This document shows, piece by piece, positions 9,601-18,969 of a stretch of DNA of 63,599 bases (positions within the stretch are counted from its first letter, which is position 1; each line of letters starts with the position of its first letter). The notes below the pieces were generated by a model. That model did not search any database and was not told the DNA's origin. It saw only the letters and a list, made by a program, of their open reading frames with translations. The stretch covers positions 1 to 63,599 of IMG/VR virus record IMGVR_UViG_3300045988_069679. One strand, 5' to 3'. The position numbers were made by a program, and so were the translations under genes. Source of the DNA: a virus.

Positions 9601-11055
9601 TCTGTTACCTACATCAAGACCACTTACACCTTGTTTAAAATCACTAGCAAACTTCTCAATACCTTTAAGAATCTGACTACCAAAAGTGAGCTTCCAAGCT
9701 GAACCAAACTGGTTTACTTGTTGGATTGTTCCTCCAATAGCATTACCTAGTTTAGTGACATACTCTTTAAACTTATCAGTACCTACAATCTCTGTGATAC
9801 CTTTAATAAAGTCACGAGTAGCTACATATACTTGGTTTAGTGCTCCTGGTTTAGCATTACCCTCTTCATCAATCTCATCAAACACAAGAAGGTTGGATAG
9901 AGTTTCCTTAAAGTTAGCAATGGCTTGTCTAGGTGTAACAATAGAGGTAACTAGGTTTTGGAATATGTCTTCATTACCAAGTTTGTTTACAATATCTAGA
10001 TATTCATTGGCTGTAATCAACTTCTTACGAGTTGCATCAGTGATGGAATCCTCACCTTTAGACTTGGCAATCTTAAGAAGCTCCTCATTCAATTTAGAAG
10101 CTCCTAGAGCTGATAGACGTTCACGAATGAAACGGTAGTCACCTTGGTTTAGATAACCATTAGCAAGCATTTGTGAGGTCTGTGTGGTAACTGTCTTCAT
10201 ACCTTGAACTGGGTTCTTAGTCTGAGCAAGTAAACCTGCATAACCTCTAACAATATCCTCAGCATCTTTACGACCATAAGCAGTATAAGTAGAAGCTTGT
10301 TCTAAGAGGTCAGTAGCATCAAACACAGAAGCCTTACCATAGTCACCTAGACGTTTAATGGATTTATTTGTCTCTTTCTCACTAAAGCCTAGAGCTTCCA
10401 TGTTGATTCTATAAACCTGCATTGCATCTCCAAGGTTATTAGCTTCATCTTTAAGTTGACCAACACCACTCTTCACAGCACCTAGTGTACCTTGAATAGC
10501 ATTACCTAAAGCACCAGTTACCTTGTTACCTACTAAGCCCATGATATTGTTCTGAATACCCATCACAGTAGAGTTAACCTTATTAAACACAGAGAGTAGT
10601 CCTTTTGCTGGGTTTACTGCTCCTAGCTTAATCATTTGTGATGACAATCCCATTGTAGAGGTTGTAACATCTTGTACAGCTTTGTGTAGGTTTCTCCATG
10701 ATTGGTAGTCTTGGTCACGGACTTTTACATATTCAGCTACTTTCTCTTTAGGTCTAGTTACTTGGGTTTTATCAATAGGAGCTGAACTAGATTCTGTAAT
10801 CTTTCCCTTTTTGCTGTTTACATTGATAGGGATACTCTCAATTTGTTTTTTAAGAGCTAAAAAGTCTTTAAGGGCTTTATCTGTATTTAGATTCAAGTTA
10901 ACATTAAAAGAGAGCGGAGAAGTATTCTTCCCGCCCATCTTTTTCAGTTTCTTCTCAAAGTCTAACACAGAATCCCTAAGAGCTGACACAGACTTCTGGG
11001 CTTTTTCAATTTCCTTTAAACCTGTAATATCAACCTTAATGGTTCTAATTGTCAT
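6634..11055 (-). CDS. Tail tape measure protein (1473 aa)
   Basis: Size, long helical/coiled sequence, Gly-rich TM-like segment (GGGLGMAIGGGIGGLIGLGLGLW), and position before Dit. Confidence 0.9.
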   Translation of the reverse strand: MTIRTIKVDITGLKEIEKAQKSVSALRDSVLDFEKKLKKMGGKNTSPLSFNVNLNLNTDKALKDFLALKKQIESIPINVNSKKGKITESSSAPIDKTQVTRPKEKVAEYVKVRDQDYQSWRNLHKAVQDVTTSTMGLSSQMIKLGAVNPAKGLLSVFNKVNSTVMGIQNNIMGLVGNKVTGALGNAIQGTLGAVKSGVGQLKDEANNLGDAMQVYRINMEALGFSEKETNKSIKRLGDYGKASVFDATDLLEQASTYTAYGRKDAEDIVRGYAGLLAQTKNPVQGMKTVTTQTSQMLANGYLNQGDYRFIRERLSALGASKLNEELLKIAKSKGEDSITDATRKKLITANEYLDIVNKLGNEDIFQNLVTSIVTPRQAIANFKETLSNLLVFDEIDEEGNAKPGALNQVYVATRDFIKGITEIVGTDKFKEYVTKLGNAIGGTIQQVNQFGSAWKLTFGSQILKGIEKFASDFKQGVSGLDVGNRFFNITKDMLTVLKNSGTEFGKFTKDIVHSASDFLSSISKLTTQGINAGALKVLSQYVDVYNNLAKLAVKSEALKDIIAIYDYLSDTLNKIVKSINPTDVKGVFGAIRYLAVQVISFVETVATKTNLISNFATVIKTALSALGDIVKGIKGFNQGAFNKAVDSLREALLGIINHLKPLLIELGKGIISTLSSSSGEAFFKAVENFVKAVTNAIKQTLVAIGGSVEGGLKKLLDFLTLAINMASGVATLLGGVGKYILMGYIGTKFVSWASNIITSLTTVATAMSSVSGGKINPLGLGSNFSKERLAKQGMSSYDIDVAHSGLSRAGKNAPKENLSRRARAKSARMTNIANLALLGTDIAIGYGNGLVQNSTKASQGAKDFTNVLASTASWASNGALLGSFGGGLGMAIGGGIGGLIGLGLGLWDNHKNAQDRKRLEAEAKQEAEKQSKEEYLQQRAHLREISEQNNQIRDSYFKTITKDTSLVDSVVGANSTIEAIKNNSNTTVAGALSQLGIEVAKVPKNVDSLFVKIGDQVKSWKELKESTGYTDEQLLQSLQLAKSAIGEKFVELVNETGQEVVAKIPTLTSGEQHRQSSNIDTFKGKLGELGLKLQEGKELIFKDISSVVEQLTAIQKEGSLNSEAKSKAIDEILNKIGVDTTEFVGKTIAEKMDIVTEIIKNGDKLGGSSDHQFAGIKTQIETKVSNYKDTLGKVLERIGNEELDSYLALLNNAEEIKTAGGSKADPTKITEFKTKVEEFIQKGYLKAEEASKLFELAGISNISVDPLSKKVTEYKFSITNSLKDGEKKLLEGAGLINNENILGIPTYGISTSIGKLKTSVSDSIQKAISKIEEGIEKAKLANNWDEVNELVTERKLAEYARVQRGYQTGGLIPEYHSQGLPVGINWQPRGTDTVPAMLTPGEYVLRKKAVDSLGTNFLNNLNKYGVNALQTMNKSTIINNVYNTNNAKISQNIDNKSQYLNGMFGVDKLMRYV

Positions 11056-11070
11056 ACTTTTCTCCTATGG

Positions 11071-12426
11071 TTACGCTACGTCCTCAACGTTTCTACGGAT
11101 TTCATAGAAGTTACCATTTTCATCACGAGACACAGTGAATGTAAGTGACAAGGTAATTTCTCCTTCCGTACCAAACTCACGAGAGTTTTCAGTAATAAGG
11201 ACATTGTTGAATACATAGTATTCTTTAATTCCACGAGTGTTTTCAACTTCTTGAATAACACGGAAGTGAGTGTTACGGAGACGTTTGTCATTAGCAACAA
11301 TCAATTCTACATCACGTTCACCATTGTAAGTAACCAACAATTTCTCACCAATGTACATTGGGTTTACTAGCACAGTACCACGGTCATATCCATGATATTG
11401 TTGTGTCATAGCAATGAACTCATCATCTTCAAGCTCAATACCTGGAGACATTGGCATACTAGACAAGTAAGTACATGCACAACGGTCTGACGAAACTGTG
11501 ATTGTGTTACAATCTTCATAGTAAAGGTCAGGAATCAATAATGAACCATAACGTTTACCATCTACAGTGATTTCTTCAACAGTGAAGCTATCTGTAACAG
11601 GAACACCACTAGTCATTTTCTTAGACATAGATTGAAGTGGATTCAACCAATAGTCATTACATGAAGTAGTAGTTGCTGTAATTTCTTTTGTAATCTCAAC
11701 TTGAGCTTTATCATATTGACGACCAAAGCAACGAGCATCAGTAGCTGGTACTGAAACGTTGTGTGTGAATGAAGTCAAACATGAAAGCAATACATTAGAG
11801 AACTTACGAAGCTCAGAACGGTCATTCACAATAGCTGGTGAAGAGAATCCAATGTGACCTGTAAGAGCATCATCTCCCTTATAAGTTACCTCATAAGTTA
11901 CAACAACACCGTGGTCAGTAGGTTTCCAACCTGTACCTGTCTGAGTCATTACTCTTGAATCTGCAAAGTCCACAGTACGAAGAACATAACCTGGAGCTGA
12001 TGAGTTGAATGTGTAAGTGTACACATAAGAGTTTGTTTGAGCTACATCTTTAAAGTCAGATACAATAGCTTTGAACTCATATCTACCAGCTTTTGGTAAT
12101 TTCAAGTATACCATGTTGAACCCTAGTGCAAAGTCATCAGCATCAGAACGAACTTGGAACTTAGCAGAAGCTTTTTTGTTTGCAGGGTTTACATACAAAG
12201 TACCTGTATTCAAACATTTAATAGGGTTACAGTTGATTTGGTCTTCTGGCACATCTTTACGTACGTAGCTCACAAGAGTCCCTGATGGAATCTGAATTTG
12301 TTTGCTTGTTTTCCAACGAACACAAGGACGAATCTCTTCTGTGATAGATACAATAATTTTTGCATCTTTATCTTGTGTGTTGTAACCGTACATAGGGTGT
12401 GACATATCTACAAAACAGTTAGACAT
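11071..12426 (-). CDS. Putative major tail (tube) protein, unusually large (451 aa)
   Basis: Only large gene between the neck genes and the tape measure; RBS GGAGAA. No recognisable G/GT chaperone pair. Confidence 0.35.
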   Translation of the reverse strand: MSNCFVDMSHPMYGYNTQDKDAKIIVSITEEIRPCVRWKTSKQIQIPSGTLVSYVRKDVPEDQINCNPIKCLNTGTLYVNPANKKASAKFQVRSDADDFALGFNMVYLKLPKAGRYEFKAIVSDFKDVAQTNSYVYTYTFNSSAPGYVLRTVDFADSRVMTQTGTGWKPTDHGVVVTYEVTYKGDDALTGHIGFSSPAIVNDRSELRKFSNVLLSCLTSFTHNVSVPATDARCFGRQYDKAQVEITKEITATTTSCNDYWLNPLQSMSKKMTSGVPVTDSFTVEEITVDGKRYGSLLIPDLYYEDCNTITVSSDRCACTYLSSMPMSPGIELEDDEFIAMTQQYHGYDRGTVLVNPMYIGEKLLVTYNGERDVELIVANDKRLRNTHFRVIQEVENTRGIKEYYVFNNVLITENSREFGTEGEITLSLTFTVSRDENGNFYEIRRNVEDVA

Positions 12427-12651
12427 CTATTTCTCCTTTTTGTCTTGGTTTACATTTGGTTTTACAGGAGCAGTTTCTTCCTGAACTACAGGCTTAACTG
12501 TTTCCTGAACTTGCTTTTTTGAGCTTTCATCTACCATGTGTTCTCTCACACGAGCAATAGCTTGAAGCTCTAATTTTCCACCATGACGGTTAGCAATCTC
12601 ATTACGAGACATAAAGAACTCATCAAGGTTTAATGGTTGTTCTACAGCCAT
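12427..12651 (-). CDS. Hypothetical small tail-module protein (Lys/Glu/Pro-rich C-terminus)
   Basis: ORF track 12427..12672. Internal ATG 12651 has AAGGAGA 6 nt upstream and avoids overlap with the upstream gene. Confidence 0.55.
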   Translation of the reverse strand: MAVEQPLNLDEFFMSRNEIANRHGGKLELQAIARVREHMVDESSKKQVQETVKPVVQEETAPVKPNVNQDKKEK

Positions 12652-12662
12652 CTCTTTTCTCC

Positions 12663-13235
12663 TTATAGACATGTAAATATTGAGAGCGTTGCAGGGAATG
12701 AGAACATTTCTACCTCATCTACTAACTCATTAGAGAAGTCCTCTGGACAACCAATGTCTTGAACTTGCACACGGATTGGTAAATACCAACCATCTAATGA
12801 AGCTACATCTTGAGCGAATGTCTTTCTCTGAATACCTCTCGGTGTTTTAACTTGGTGAACCAACATATTCTTAAGTTGGCAATGTACTTCTTCTCTATAC
12901 TCTAGCTTACCCTCTGGAGTGTTCTCAATACAAACCTTACCAGTAGGAGGTGTAACTGGAGAGTAGTACACAGAAAAGTTTACATATACCTTAGAGAAAC
13001 ACTTTGCACTATTATCACAAGTAATATCAATGGCTAGGAAGGGGAACTCCACACCTTGATTTAATTGGAAATGCTCAGACGTTCCTACGTGTTGGTTAAA
13101 TTGTACGTCAAAGTTATCATAACGTTTTCTTGGGTCTAGCTCATCTATATGGTCTGGTTGAATGAAGTAGTCAAGCACATCAGCACCATACATTTGTAGC
13201 CATTTTTTAATGTTGATATACACAGCACTAATCAT
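12663..13235 (-). CDS. Neck / tail-terminator-type protein
   Basis: Synteny: follows the HK97 gp10-like gene and precedes the tail tube candidate. Confidence 0.4.
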   Translation of the reverse strand: MISAVYINIKKWLQMYGADVLDYFIQPDHIDELDPRKRYDNFDVQFNQHVGTSEHFQLNQGVEFPFLAIDITCDNSAKCFSKVYVNFSVYYSPVTPPTGKVCIENTPEGKLEYREEVHCQLKNMLVHQVKTPRGIQRKTFAQDVASLDGWYLPIRVQVQDIGCPEDFSNELVDEVEMFSFPATLSIFTCL

Positions 13236-13714
13236 TTAGCTAATCTCCCTGGTATCTTAACTGTGCCCTTACTTCCCTGTGCATACAGATAATTTCTTCC
13301 TGGAGCTGTGTCCTTGGAAGTGTAATGAGCTGTTCCTGAACCTCTTCTCCCTGATGGTCTTTGTGCTTTATAGATACCATAGAATCCACTAGTTGAATCC
13401 ACAAGATTCTCACTATCACCCACAGTATCAAAAGCTGTAAAGATAAAAGGGAAAGCAGGGTTGTACTTGTAACCCTTAAACATATAAGTATTTACATAGT
13501 ACCGTTCTTTTCCTCTTTTAGTTGGAGGATAATCATTTCTATCAGCATACACAGAGAAGCCATCACCAATCTTCTTCATCTTGATTGAACGAACCATACG
13601 ACCTGTTTTCACAGAGCCTATAGCCTTGGCTTCTAGCATACCTGTCACAGTAAAGTCTACAAACTCTTTTGCAAACTCTATCCCTTTCCAGTCATGAATA
13701 TCAATCGTGGTCAC
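13232..13714 (-). CDS. HK97 gp10-like head-tail joining protein
   Basis: Motif VKTGRMVRSI resembles the TGxLrxSi signature of the HK97 gp10 family; neck-module position. Confidence 0.5.
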   Translation of the reverse strand: MTTIDIHDWKGIEFAKEFVDFTVTGMLEAKAIGSVKTGRMVRSIKMKKIGDGFSVYADRNDYPPTKRGKERYYVNTYMFKGYKYNPAFPFIFTAFDTVGDSENLVDSTSGFYGIYKAQRPSGRRGSGTAHYTSKDTAPGRNYLYAQGSKGTVKIPGRLAK

Positions 13715-14201
13715 GAGTAATCACCCCCTGTAATTGTTTCACATAAGGCTTACACTCTAAGAGTAGCTGTTCACTTTCACGTCCAGCTAATCTCTCACCA
13801 GTTAATTTCACGTCCCAGCAACCAGGAAAAATTTCATACGCTCTACTAGCTACCACTTTCCAAAAGAGATAACCAGCATCTTCTGGGCAACTAAATCTGT
13901 TACACCTTGTAGAAATTCTCTGTAATATGTAATACCCATGCTTAATGTCAAAGTCACAATCATGGGATTGGTTATGTAATGAAAAATAAAATGTTTCTAG
14001 CTGTCTTGAAGTCTCTAAGCCATGCGTTGTTGTAGCATCACTTTCAGCACCTCTTGACGTTGGCATGTGGTCTACACACTTAATGTGTTCCACTTCTTCC
14101 CATAAACACTTCATTACTTGCCTACTATTCTCATCATAAGTGGGAGTAGCAGTACCTTGTCTCAACACAAGGATTTCCTTATTATTCCAAGGGAGAGCCA
14201 T
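13701..14201 (-). CDS. Head closure / neck protein
   Basis: ORF track; synteny between the connector and the gp10-like gene. Confidence 0.4.
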   Translation of the reverse strand: MALPWNNKEILVLRQGTATPTYDENSRQVMKCLWEEVEHIKCVDHMPTSRGAESDATTTHGLETSRQLETFYFSLHNQSHDCDFDIKHGYYILQRISTRCNRFSCPEDAGYLFWKVVASRAYEIFPGCWDVKLTGERLAGRESEQLLLECKPYVKQLQGVITRDHD

Positions 14202-14211
14202 GATAACCTCC

Positions 14212-14514
14212 TTATAGGGTCATCTCATTGTCCGTATTGGTATATGTACTCTCCATGTTATCTGGAACTTCCTCAAATTGGTTGCGAATATTTCCATCTT
14301 TGTCTGTGTATTTTAGGTTCTTCAAATACTTACCTAGAATATCATCTACTGGGTATACCTTATCTTTTTCAAAGATATAAAGACGACCACTATAGTAGGT
14401 ACGATACACAGTCTTATAAGTCTCCACACCATTGATTGAACGTCCAGTACCACACTTTGAACAGCCATAAGAGCGTGACTCTCTAGCATATTCACCATTA
14501 TATCTTACTAACAT
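14212..14514 (-). CDS. Hypothetical small structural-module protein (CSKCGTG motif)
   Basis: ORF track; operon context. Confidence 0.55.
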   Translation of the reverse strand: MLVRYNGEYARESRSYGCSKCGTGRSINGVETYKTVYRTYYSGRLYIFEKDKVYPVDDILGKYLKNLKYTDKDGNIRNQFEEVPDNMESTYTNTDNEMTL

Positions 14515-15293
14515 TCTTTCCTTCTTCCAATGGTCAAATACATATTATCTGTGTAAACCCTCTTACACAGTGATAGTGAACTTAGCGTTTGTAATGCCCA
14601 TGTATTTATGAGCTTCACATAATACCTATCAATACTTGATTGGTCTACTGTCCATTCTCGTACAATATAGTCTACTGATTTCTGCTTGAGCACAGCTCCT
14701 ACAGCCAATCTATCCATATTAGCACACTCATCTAAAGTACCACAGTCATTCTGATAGGCAATAAAGATATTTAGGAAGTGACACATTGCATCATACACAC
14801 AGTCAGGTAAAGTTTCAGAGGTGTAACCTGCTTCATAGTCAAGCACGAGTTTATACTCAGCTTCACACGAACAAGGGTCACAGCATTTACAGCAAGGACT
14901 TAGCTCATCAGTTACATTCACAAGGATTGTACCATCTACAAAAGACCAATTCCATTTATCTGTATCTAGCTCATACTCTTCACGCTCAAGACCTTTTCTC
15001 TTGTGCATATACACCTTAAGTGTAGTGGGGTCAAAACCTTTCCAATAGTAAGGCTTAACCTCCACCATAGCATCACACCCACAGAGGTGAAAACTCGTGA
15101 GTGGAATTACTTCATGTCTTAAGGCTCTTAGTATTGTCGAACATTCACCATCAGTCCAACAGAGCAATCTAGCAAGGACACGGAGAAAGCTCTCCATGTA
15201 CCTTTGCATAGTTGCACCATCATCACAGTCAAAACAACCACAACGTTCTTGAAGATTTTGAGTAATCTTGATTAGTTCAAGAGCTGGTTGCAT
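14508..15293 (-). CDS. Head-tail connector-type protein, Cys-rich (19 Cys in 261 aa)
   Basis: Directly downstream of the capsid gene. Clusters ERCGCFDCDD and SPCCKCCDPCSCE; Cys counted from the supplied translation. Confidence 0.45.
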   Translation of the reverse strand: MQPALELIKITQNLQERCGCFDCDDGATMQRYMESFLRVLARLLCWTDGECSTILRALRHEVIPLTSFHLCGCDAMVEVKPYYWKGFDPTTLKVYMHKRKGLEREEYELDTDKWNWSFVDGTILVNVTDELSPCCKCCDPCSCEAEYKLVLDYEAGYTSETLPDCVYDAMCHFLNIFIAYQNDCGTLDECANMDRLAVGAVLKQKSVDYIVREWTVDQSSIDRYYVKLINTWALQTLSSLSLCKRVYTDNMYLTIGRRKEC

Positions 15294-15304
15294 AACTTAT
15301 CTCC

Positions 15305-16495
15305 TTATTTAGCAGGGATTGTAGCCATTGGGAATGGGTTAAGACCTGTAAGAAGACCTTGGATACGTTCAAATACCACAGCAGGGCAAGTTTGTTCAAG
15401 AGGAATGTTTGCCACAAGAAGGTGAGAGATATGTGAGTTAGTATGTACCAAACCGAAGTTTTCATACTTGTCACAGATTACTTCACACCCTGGTTTTGAA
15501 ACATCTTCTGTACGAACTGTGTGGATTGAAGATTGAGGTACGAACAAGTCGTATTGAGTCAATGCTTCTACACGAGCCAAGTCAATTACATAGGCTTCAC
15601 CAGTCATTGTTTGTTCAAGGTCATAAGGCAAGTGGTAAGATACACCGAATGGAATATCTTTGAATGAGATAGACTCACCGTTCACAGACCAACCTTGAGG
15701 TAATTTACCATCTTTACCAGGCACAATTTCAGCTTTGATTCCACGAAGAGTTAGTGGGTGTACATAGATTTTGTAACGAGCTGATTGGTTATCCAATACA
15801 TCTAGGTAGCAAGCTACTTGACGGAAAGCACCAATAACTGAACCAGAAGCATCAATAGGAGTTACACCTGGGTGAGACATCATTTCAGCCACACCAGCAA
15901 AAGGACGTAGACCTTGACCACTAAAGTTCAACATACCTTGAACGATATGACGTTGAACGATAAAGGCGAATGTGTACCATGCCATGAATTGTTCTGCTTC
16001 TTCATAAGACATACCCAAACGTTGGAAGATATTGATAAGGTCTCCTTGTTTGAAGTGCATCTTGTCTTTCATCAAACGGTCAAGACGAGTTTCACAGTCT
16101 TTAAAACATAGGTAACGTACAGGAGTAGCATCACCAGTAGCTTGCATAGTGAATTTCTCAGTAAAACAGCAGGCATCAGAATTGTCATTAGCAAAGTCTG
16201 GAGCTTTTGTTCCCCAAGTAATTCCCTCAATAATCCAGTCACCGTTCTTAGCTTGTCTCAAAGCACCAAAACTTGATTGCTCAAAACGCTTAAGAATGTC
16301 GTTAACTAGCTCATCACCCATACCAACTTCTCTTAGTGAGGGTACTGCTTTAGACCAGTCACGAGAGATACCGAATGGGATTTTACCATCTTCATTAGTG
16401 AAGTTTTCTTTAGTTGCTAGTTGGGCTTTAGTACGCTCATACAAGTTGTCAATAGCTTCACCCAACAAAATATCAAAATTAGTTGTTGTACTCAC
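15305..16495 (-). CDS. Major capsid protein (GTG start, 396 aa)
   Basis: Follows the protease/scaffold gene. GGAGGA, 7 nt, then GTG at 16495, one base after the scaffold stop. The ORF-track start at 16525 lies inside the scaffold gene. Confidence 0.75.
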   Translation of the reverse strand: MSTTTNFDILLGEAIDNLYERTKAQLATKENFTNEDGKIPFGISRDWSKAVPSLREVGMGDELVNDILKRFEQSSFGALRQAKNGDWIIEGITWGTKAPDFANDNSDACCFTEKFTMQATGDATPVRYLCFKDCETRLDRLMKDKMHFKQGDLINIFQRLGMSYEEAEQFMAWYTFAFIVQRHIVQGMLNFSGQGLRPFAGVAEMMSHPGVTPIDASGSVIGAFRQVACYLDVLDNQSARYKIYVHPLTLRGIKAEIVPGKDGKLPQGWSVNGESISFKDIPFGVSYHLPYDLEQTMTGEAYVIDLARVEALTQYDLFVPQSSIHTVRTEDVSKPGCEVICDKYENFGLVHTNSHISHLLVANIPLEQTCPAVVFERIQGLLTGLNPFPMATIPAK

Positions 16496-16496
16496 T

Positions 16497-17570
16497 TTAT
16501 TGTCCTCCAAAGCGAACACGTCCAAAACGGTTCACAGGTTGCTCTTCTTTGATTTCTGCTTTTTCTACTACAGGGTTAGCTTTATCCAACAATGTAGCCA
16601 ATTTAGCTAGTTGTGCATCTACAGCATTTTCATTAGCTTCTTTTTGAGCCACAGTAGCTTTCAATTCAGTATTTTCTGCTTTAAGTTCTTCAACTTCTGC
16701 TTTCAATGCTTCAATAGATGCAATAGCTTGTGCCAATGTATCACCTTCCACAGCAGTTTCTTCTTTAACTTCTTCTACTACTGGTTCTTCAACTTCTACA
16801 ACTTCCTCTGTAGCAACTACTTCTTCTGTAACTGCTTCTTCTGGAGCTACTTCTGCTGAAAGGTGAGCAAGCACTTTATCTAGAATTTCTTTCTTATTCA
16901 AGTGTTCTTCCTCATTTCTTACTAGTAGTGATGGTTCATATCCACCACTCTTTGCATTTCCTGGATTTCCCACAAAGGAGAATCCTGTAATTTCAATTTC
17001 GTCTGTGATTGGTACGTCAATATCACCACCATGCTCAATGTTATAAACAACTAGCTTGGCATATTCTTCAATGTCACTGTCTTGTATCTCTTTAGCATAC
17101 CACAGAAACTCTGATGAAATAGCAAAAGGCTCATCTTGTAAGATAAGGTCTTTCACGTTGCTCAATTCTAGATTTACATGGGGTTTTACCAATAGGTCAT
17201 AGCGACCATTCTCATCTTGTACCAATTTAAGGTCTGATTTCTTAAAATAACCTTCTCTAACAGGGTAAGAGTTTAAATCTCTATGACCTGTAGAGACATA
17301 TCCTTCAAAAGTACCATCAATACTGTCATACCATTTCTTGAGTGTACCTTTACACAAATACAAACGAATAGTGTCGTCTGTATAGAGCACAGAACCCTCT
17401 GATAGTAGTGTCATGTACCCTTCTGAATTATCAACCTTATCCACAGACAGACGTTCTACCTCTTGCTTATTAGCTGAGAGGTTCATCATTGCATCAAGAT
17501 TATCTTTCTTCTCAATGTACTCATTGATTTCATTCATAATTCTCTCTGCTATCTGTGTTTTAACTGGCAT
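16497..17570 (-). CDS. Prohead protease fused to an acidic coiled-coil scaffold domain
   Basis: N-terminal protease-like region (STGHRD, FVGNPGNAKSG). C-terminal half is EEV/AEV-rich coiled coil. Lies before the capsid gene. Confidence 0.6.
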   Translation of the reverse strand: MPVKTQIAERIMNEINEYIEKKDNLDAMMNLSANKQEVERLSVDKVDNSEGYMTLLSEGSVLYTDDTIRLYLCKGTLKKWYDSIDGTFEGYVSTGHRDLNSYPVREGYFKKSDLKLVQDENGRYDLLVKPHVNLELSNVKDLILQDEPFAISSEFLWYAKEIQDSDIEEYAKLVVYNIEHGGDIDVPITDEIEITGFSFVGNPGNAKSGGYEPSLLVRNEEEHLNKKEILDKVLAHLSAEVAPEEAVTEEVVATEEVVEVEEPVVEEVKEETAVEGDTLAQAIASIEALKAEVEELKAENTELKATVAQKEANENAVDAQLAKLATLLDKANPVVEKAEIKEEQPVNRFGRVRFGGQ

Positions 17571-17896
17571 TAGTCAATAACCTCAAACAAATTGTACTTT
17601 AATTTTCTCACTTTCTTACCACCACAAGATGCACAGTATGAATACTCGTATGGAACTCCATCTTTCTTCAACCCTGCTTCTGTTTCTGGTGTGAAAGGTA
17701 GTTGTTCTGTAGCTTCCTTAATACTTTCAAGAAGAACTTGGTCAGTAGTTGTATACCAACCATTGCTCTCTTGATTGTTATCTGGGTAGAACTCAAAGAA
17801 CTTGCGTTGATTTTGAATAATACCACGTTCGTTTAAGAAGTTTACACGAACTACTAAATCACGTTGGAGAAAGCGAGCAACCCTAAACTTACTCAT
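17570..17896 (-). CDS. Hypothetical head-module protein (CASCGG zinc-ribbon-like motif)
   Basis: ORF track; ATGA-type coupling to the protease gene. Confidence 0.6.
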   Translation of the reverse strand: MSKFRVARFLQRDLVVRVNFLNERGIIQNQRKFFEFYPDNNQESNGWYTTTDQVLLESIKEATEQLPFTPETEAGLKKDGVPYEYSYCASCGGKKVRKLKYNLFEVID

Positions 17897-18023
17897 TATC
17901 TACCACCTTAACTAATGTGCCCTCTGTAATCTTAGAGATGACATCAGATTCACGTCCAAATTGCTTTGCACGGACTTCACGGAGGTATTCCTCGTAAGTT
18001 TGACTTACTGTTTTAACTTCCAT
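17889..18023 (-). CDS. Small ORF (44 aa, MEVKTVSQTYEEYLREVRAKQFGRESDVISKITEGTLVKVVDNE), below the ORF-track cutoff
   Basis: Fills the 126-nt gap. TAATG overlap with the upstream stop and an 8-nt ATGAGTAA overlap with the downstream start. Confidence 0.5.
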   Translation of the reverse strand: MEVKTVSQTYEEYLREVRAKQFGRESDVISKITEGTLVKVVDNE

Positions 18024-18307
18024 TATTTATCTCCAGCGTATGTAATAGGGAAACCATAGCAATCAAACTCAGTATCTTTGAGCTTAACTTCTTCCACAGT
18101 GTAGTCGAATGAGTATTTATCTCCACAGCAGTAAGTGAATGATTTGAACTTGTTAGCTTCTACATCATAATACTGAATCTGCTCATGTCCAACTACAATT
18201 TTGCGTACTTGTGCTAGAATTGTTTCTGCCAATGGTGATTTGAACTCTTTAGTCTCACCAGCAACTTCTAGTTTTAAGTGCATAATTGGAACTTTAATCG
18301 TAGCCAT
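18023..18307 (-). CDS. Hypothetical head-module protein (94 aa)
   Basis: ATG 18307 preceded by GGAAAGGAG with 7-nt spacing. The ORF-track start at 18325 lacks an RBS. Confidence 0.6.
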   Translation of the reverse strand: MATIKVPIMHLKLEVAGETKEFKSPLAETILAQVRKIVVGHEQIQYYDVEANKFKSFTYCCGDKYSFDYTVEEVKLKDTEFDCYGFPITYAGDK

Positions 18308-18348
18308 GTATATGCTCCTTTCCATGAATGTTCTAATAATAGTATAAC

Positions 18349-18373
18349 AAAAAAAGAGAGTTTGACAACTCTC
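18349..18373 (-). terminator. Intrinsic terminator after the 194-aa gene, overlapped by promoter-like TTGTCA-16-TGtTATACT
   Basis: Minus strand reads GAGAGTT-gtca-AACTCTC followed by T7. Confidence 0.7.
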
Positions 18374-18384
18374 ATGACTTTTAG

Positions 18385-18969
18385 TTAGAACTCAATGTTA
18401 GAAATTACTTTTGCAGTACCATGTTCAAGTTTATACTTGTTAATAATATCCATAATATCTTCCATTGCTTGTGTATCAAAGGTAGTATCAAAGTCATTAA
18501 TGAACTCATCTTCCTTGATATGGATAACTCCACGAACCTCTGGTTTAGGTTTCTTACCATCTTTTGCACCATTACCTACTACATAACCAATAACATAGTT
18601 AGCATAGATATGACCTGATGATTGTTCCATCAAGGCACGTTGGTCAACCACAAAGGTGTATACTTTCTCAGTAGAGCCATCTTCTAGTGTTTCTGTAGCT
18701 ACTTTCACACGATTGTCAAAGGCTACGTCTACGTTCACAGCGTAAGAAGTACGAGGTGTACGAAGCATATTACCGTTAGCACCGATTGTAGGAATCTTTT
18801 GTGTAACGTTCATCTCTCCACCGTTGATTAGCACTTCTGCATCAAGGTCTGTAATCTCTGCATACTTACGAAGAGTATATACAGGTTTACCAGAACGTAC
18901 ATATTCAGGAGTAATCTTGCTACGTTTCTCATCTAAGAAACCAAGTACGTCTGAAATAAGGTTAGTCAT
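18385..18969 (-). CDS. Hypothetical structural-module protein (194 aa), probably abundant
   Basis: ORF track; followed by a strong terminator. Confidence 0.6.
   Translation of the reverse strand: MTNLISDVLGFLDEKRSKITPEYVRSGKPVYTLRKYAEITDLDAEVLINGGEMNVTQKIPTIGANGNMLRTPRTSYAVNVDVAFDNRVKVATETLEDGSTEKVYTFVVDQRALMEQSSGHIYANYVIGYVVGNGAKDGKKPKPEVRGVIHIKEDEFINDFDTTFDTQAMEDIMDIINKYKLEHGTAKVISNIEF

Noticed and set aside
6713-10138. Plus-strand ORFs antisense to the tape measure gene; similar antisense ORFs occur throughout (for example 408..617, 2216..2401, 16611..16859, 35379..35792, 60625..63171)
   Set aside because: These are classic shadow ORFs opposite long genes. They have low-complexity Ser/Leu-rich translations, no RBS, and lie wholly inside well-supported genes.
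11076-11300. Alternate-frame ORF inside the 3' end of the 451-aa gene as a tail-chaperone frameshift product
   Set aside because: It terminates 5 nt before the main ORF ends, adds no extension, has Leu/Ser/Thr-rich shadow-ORF composition, and has no slippery site that I could see.
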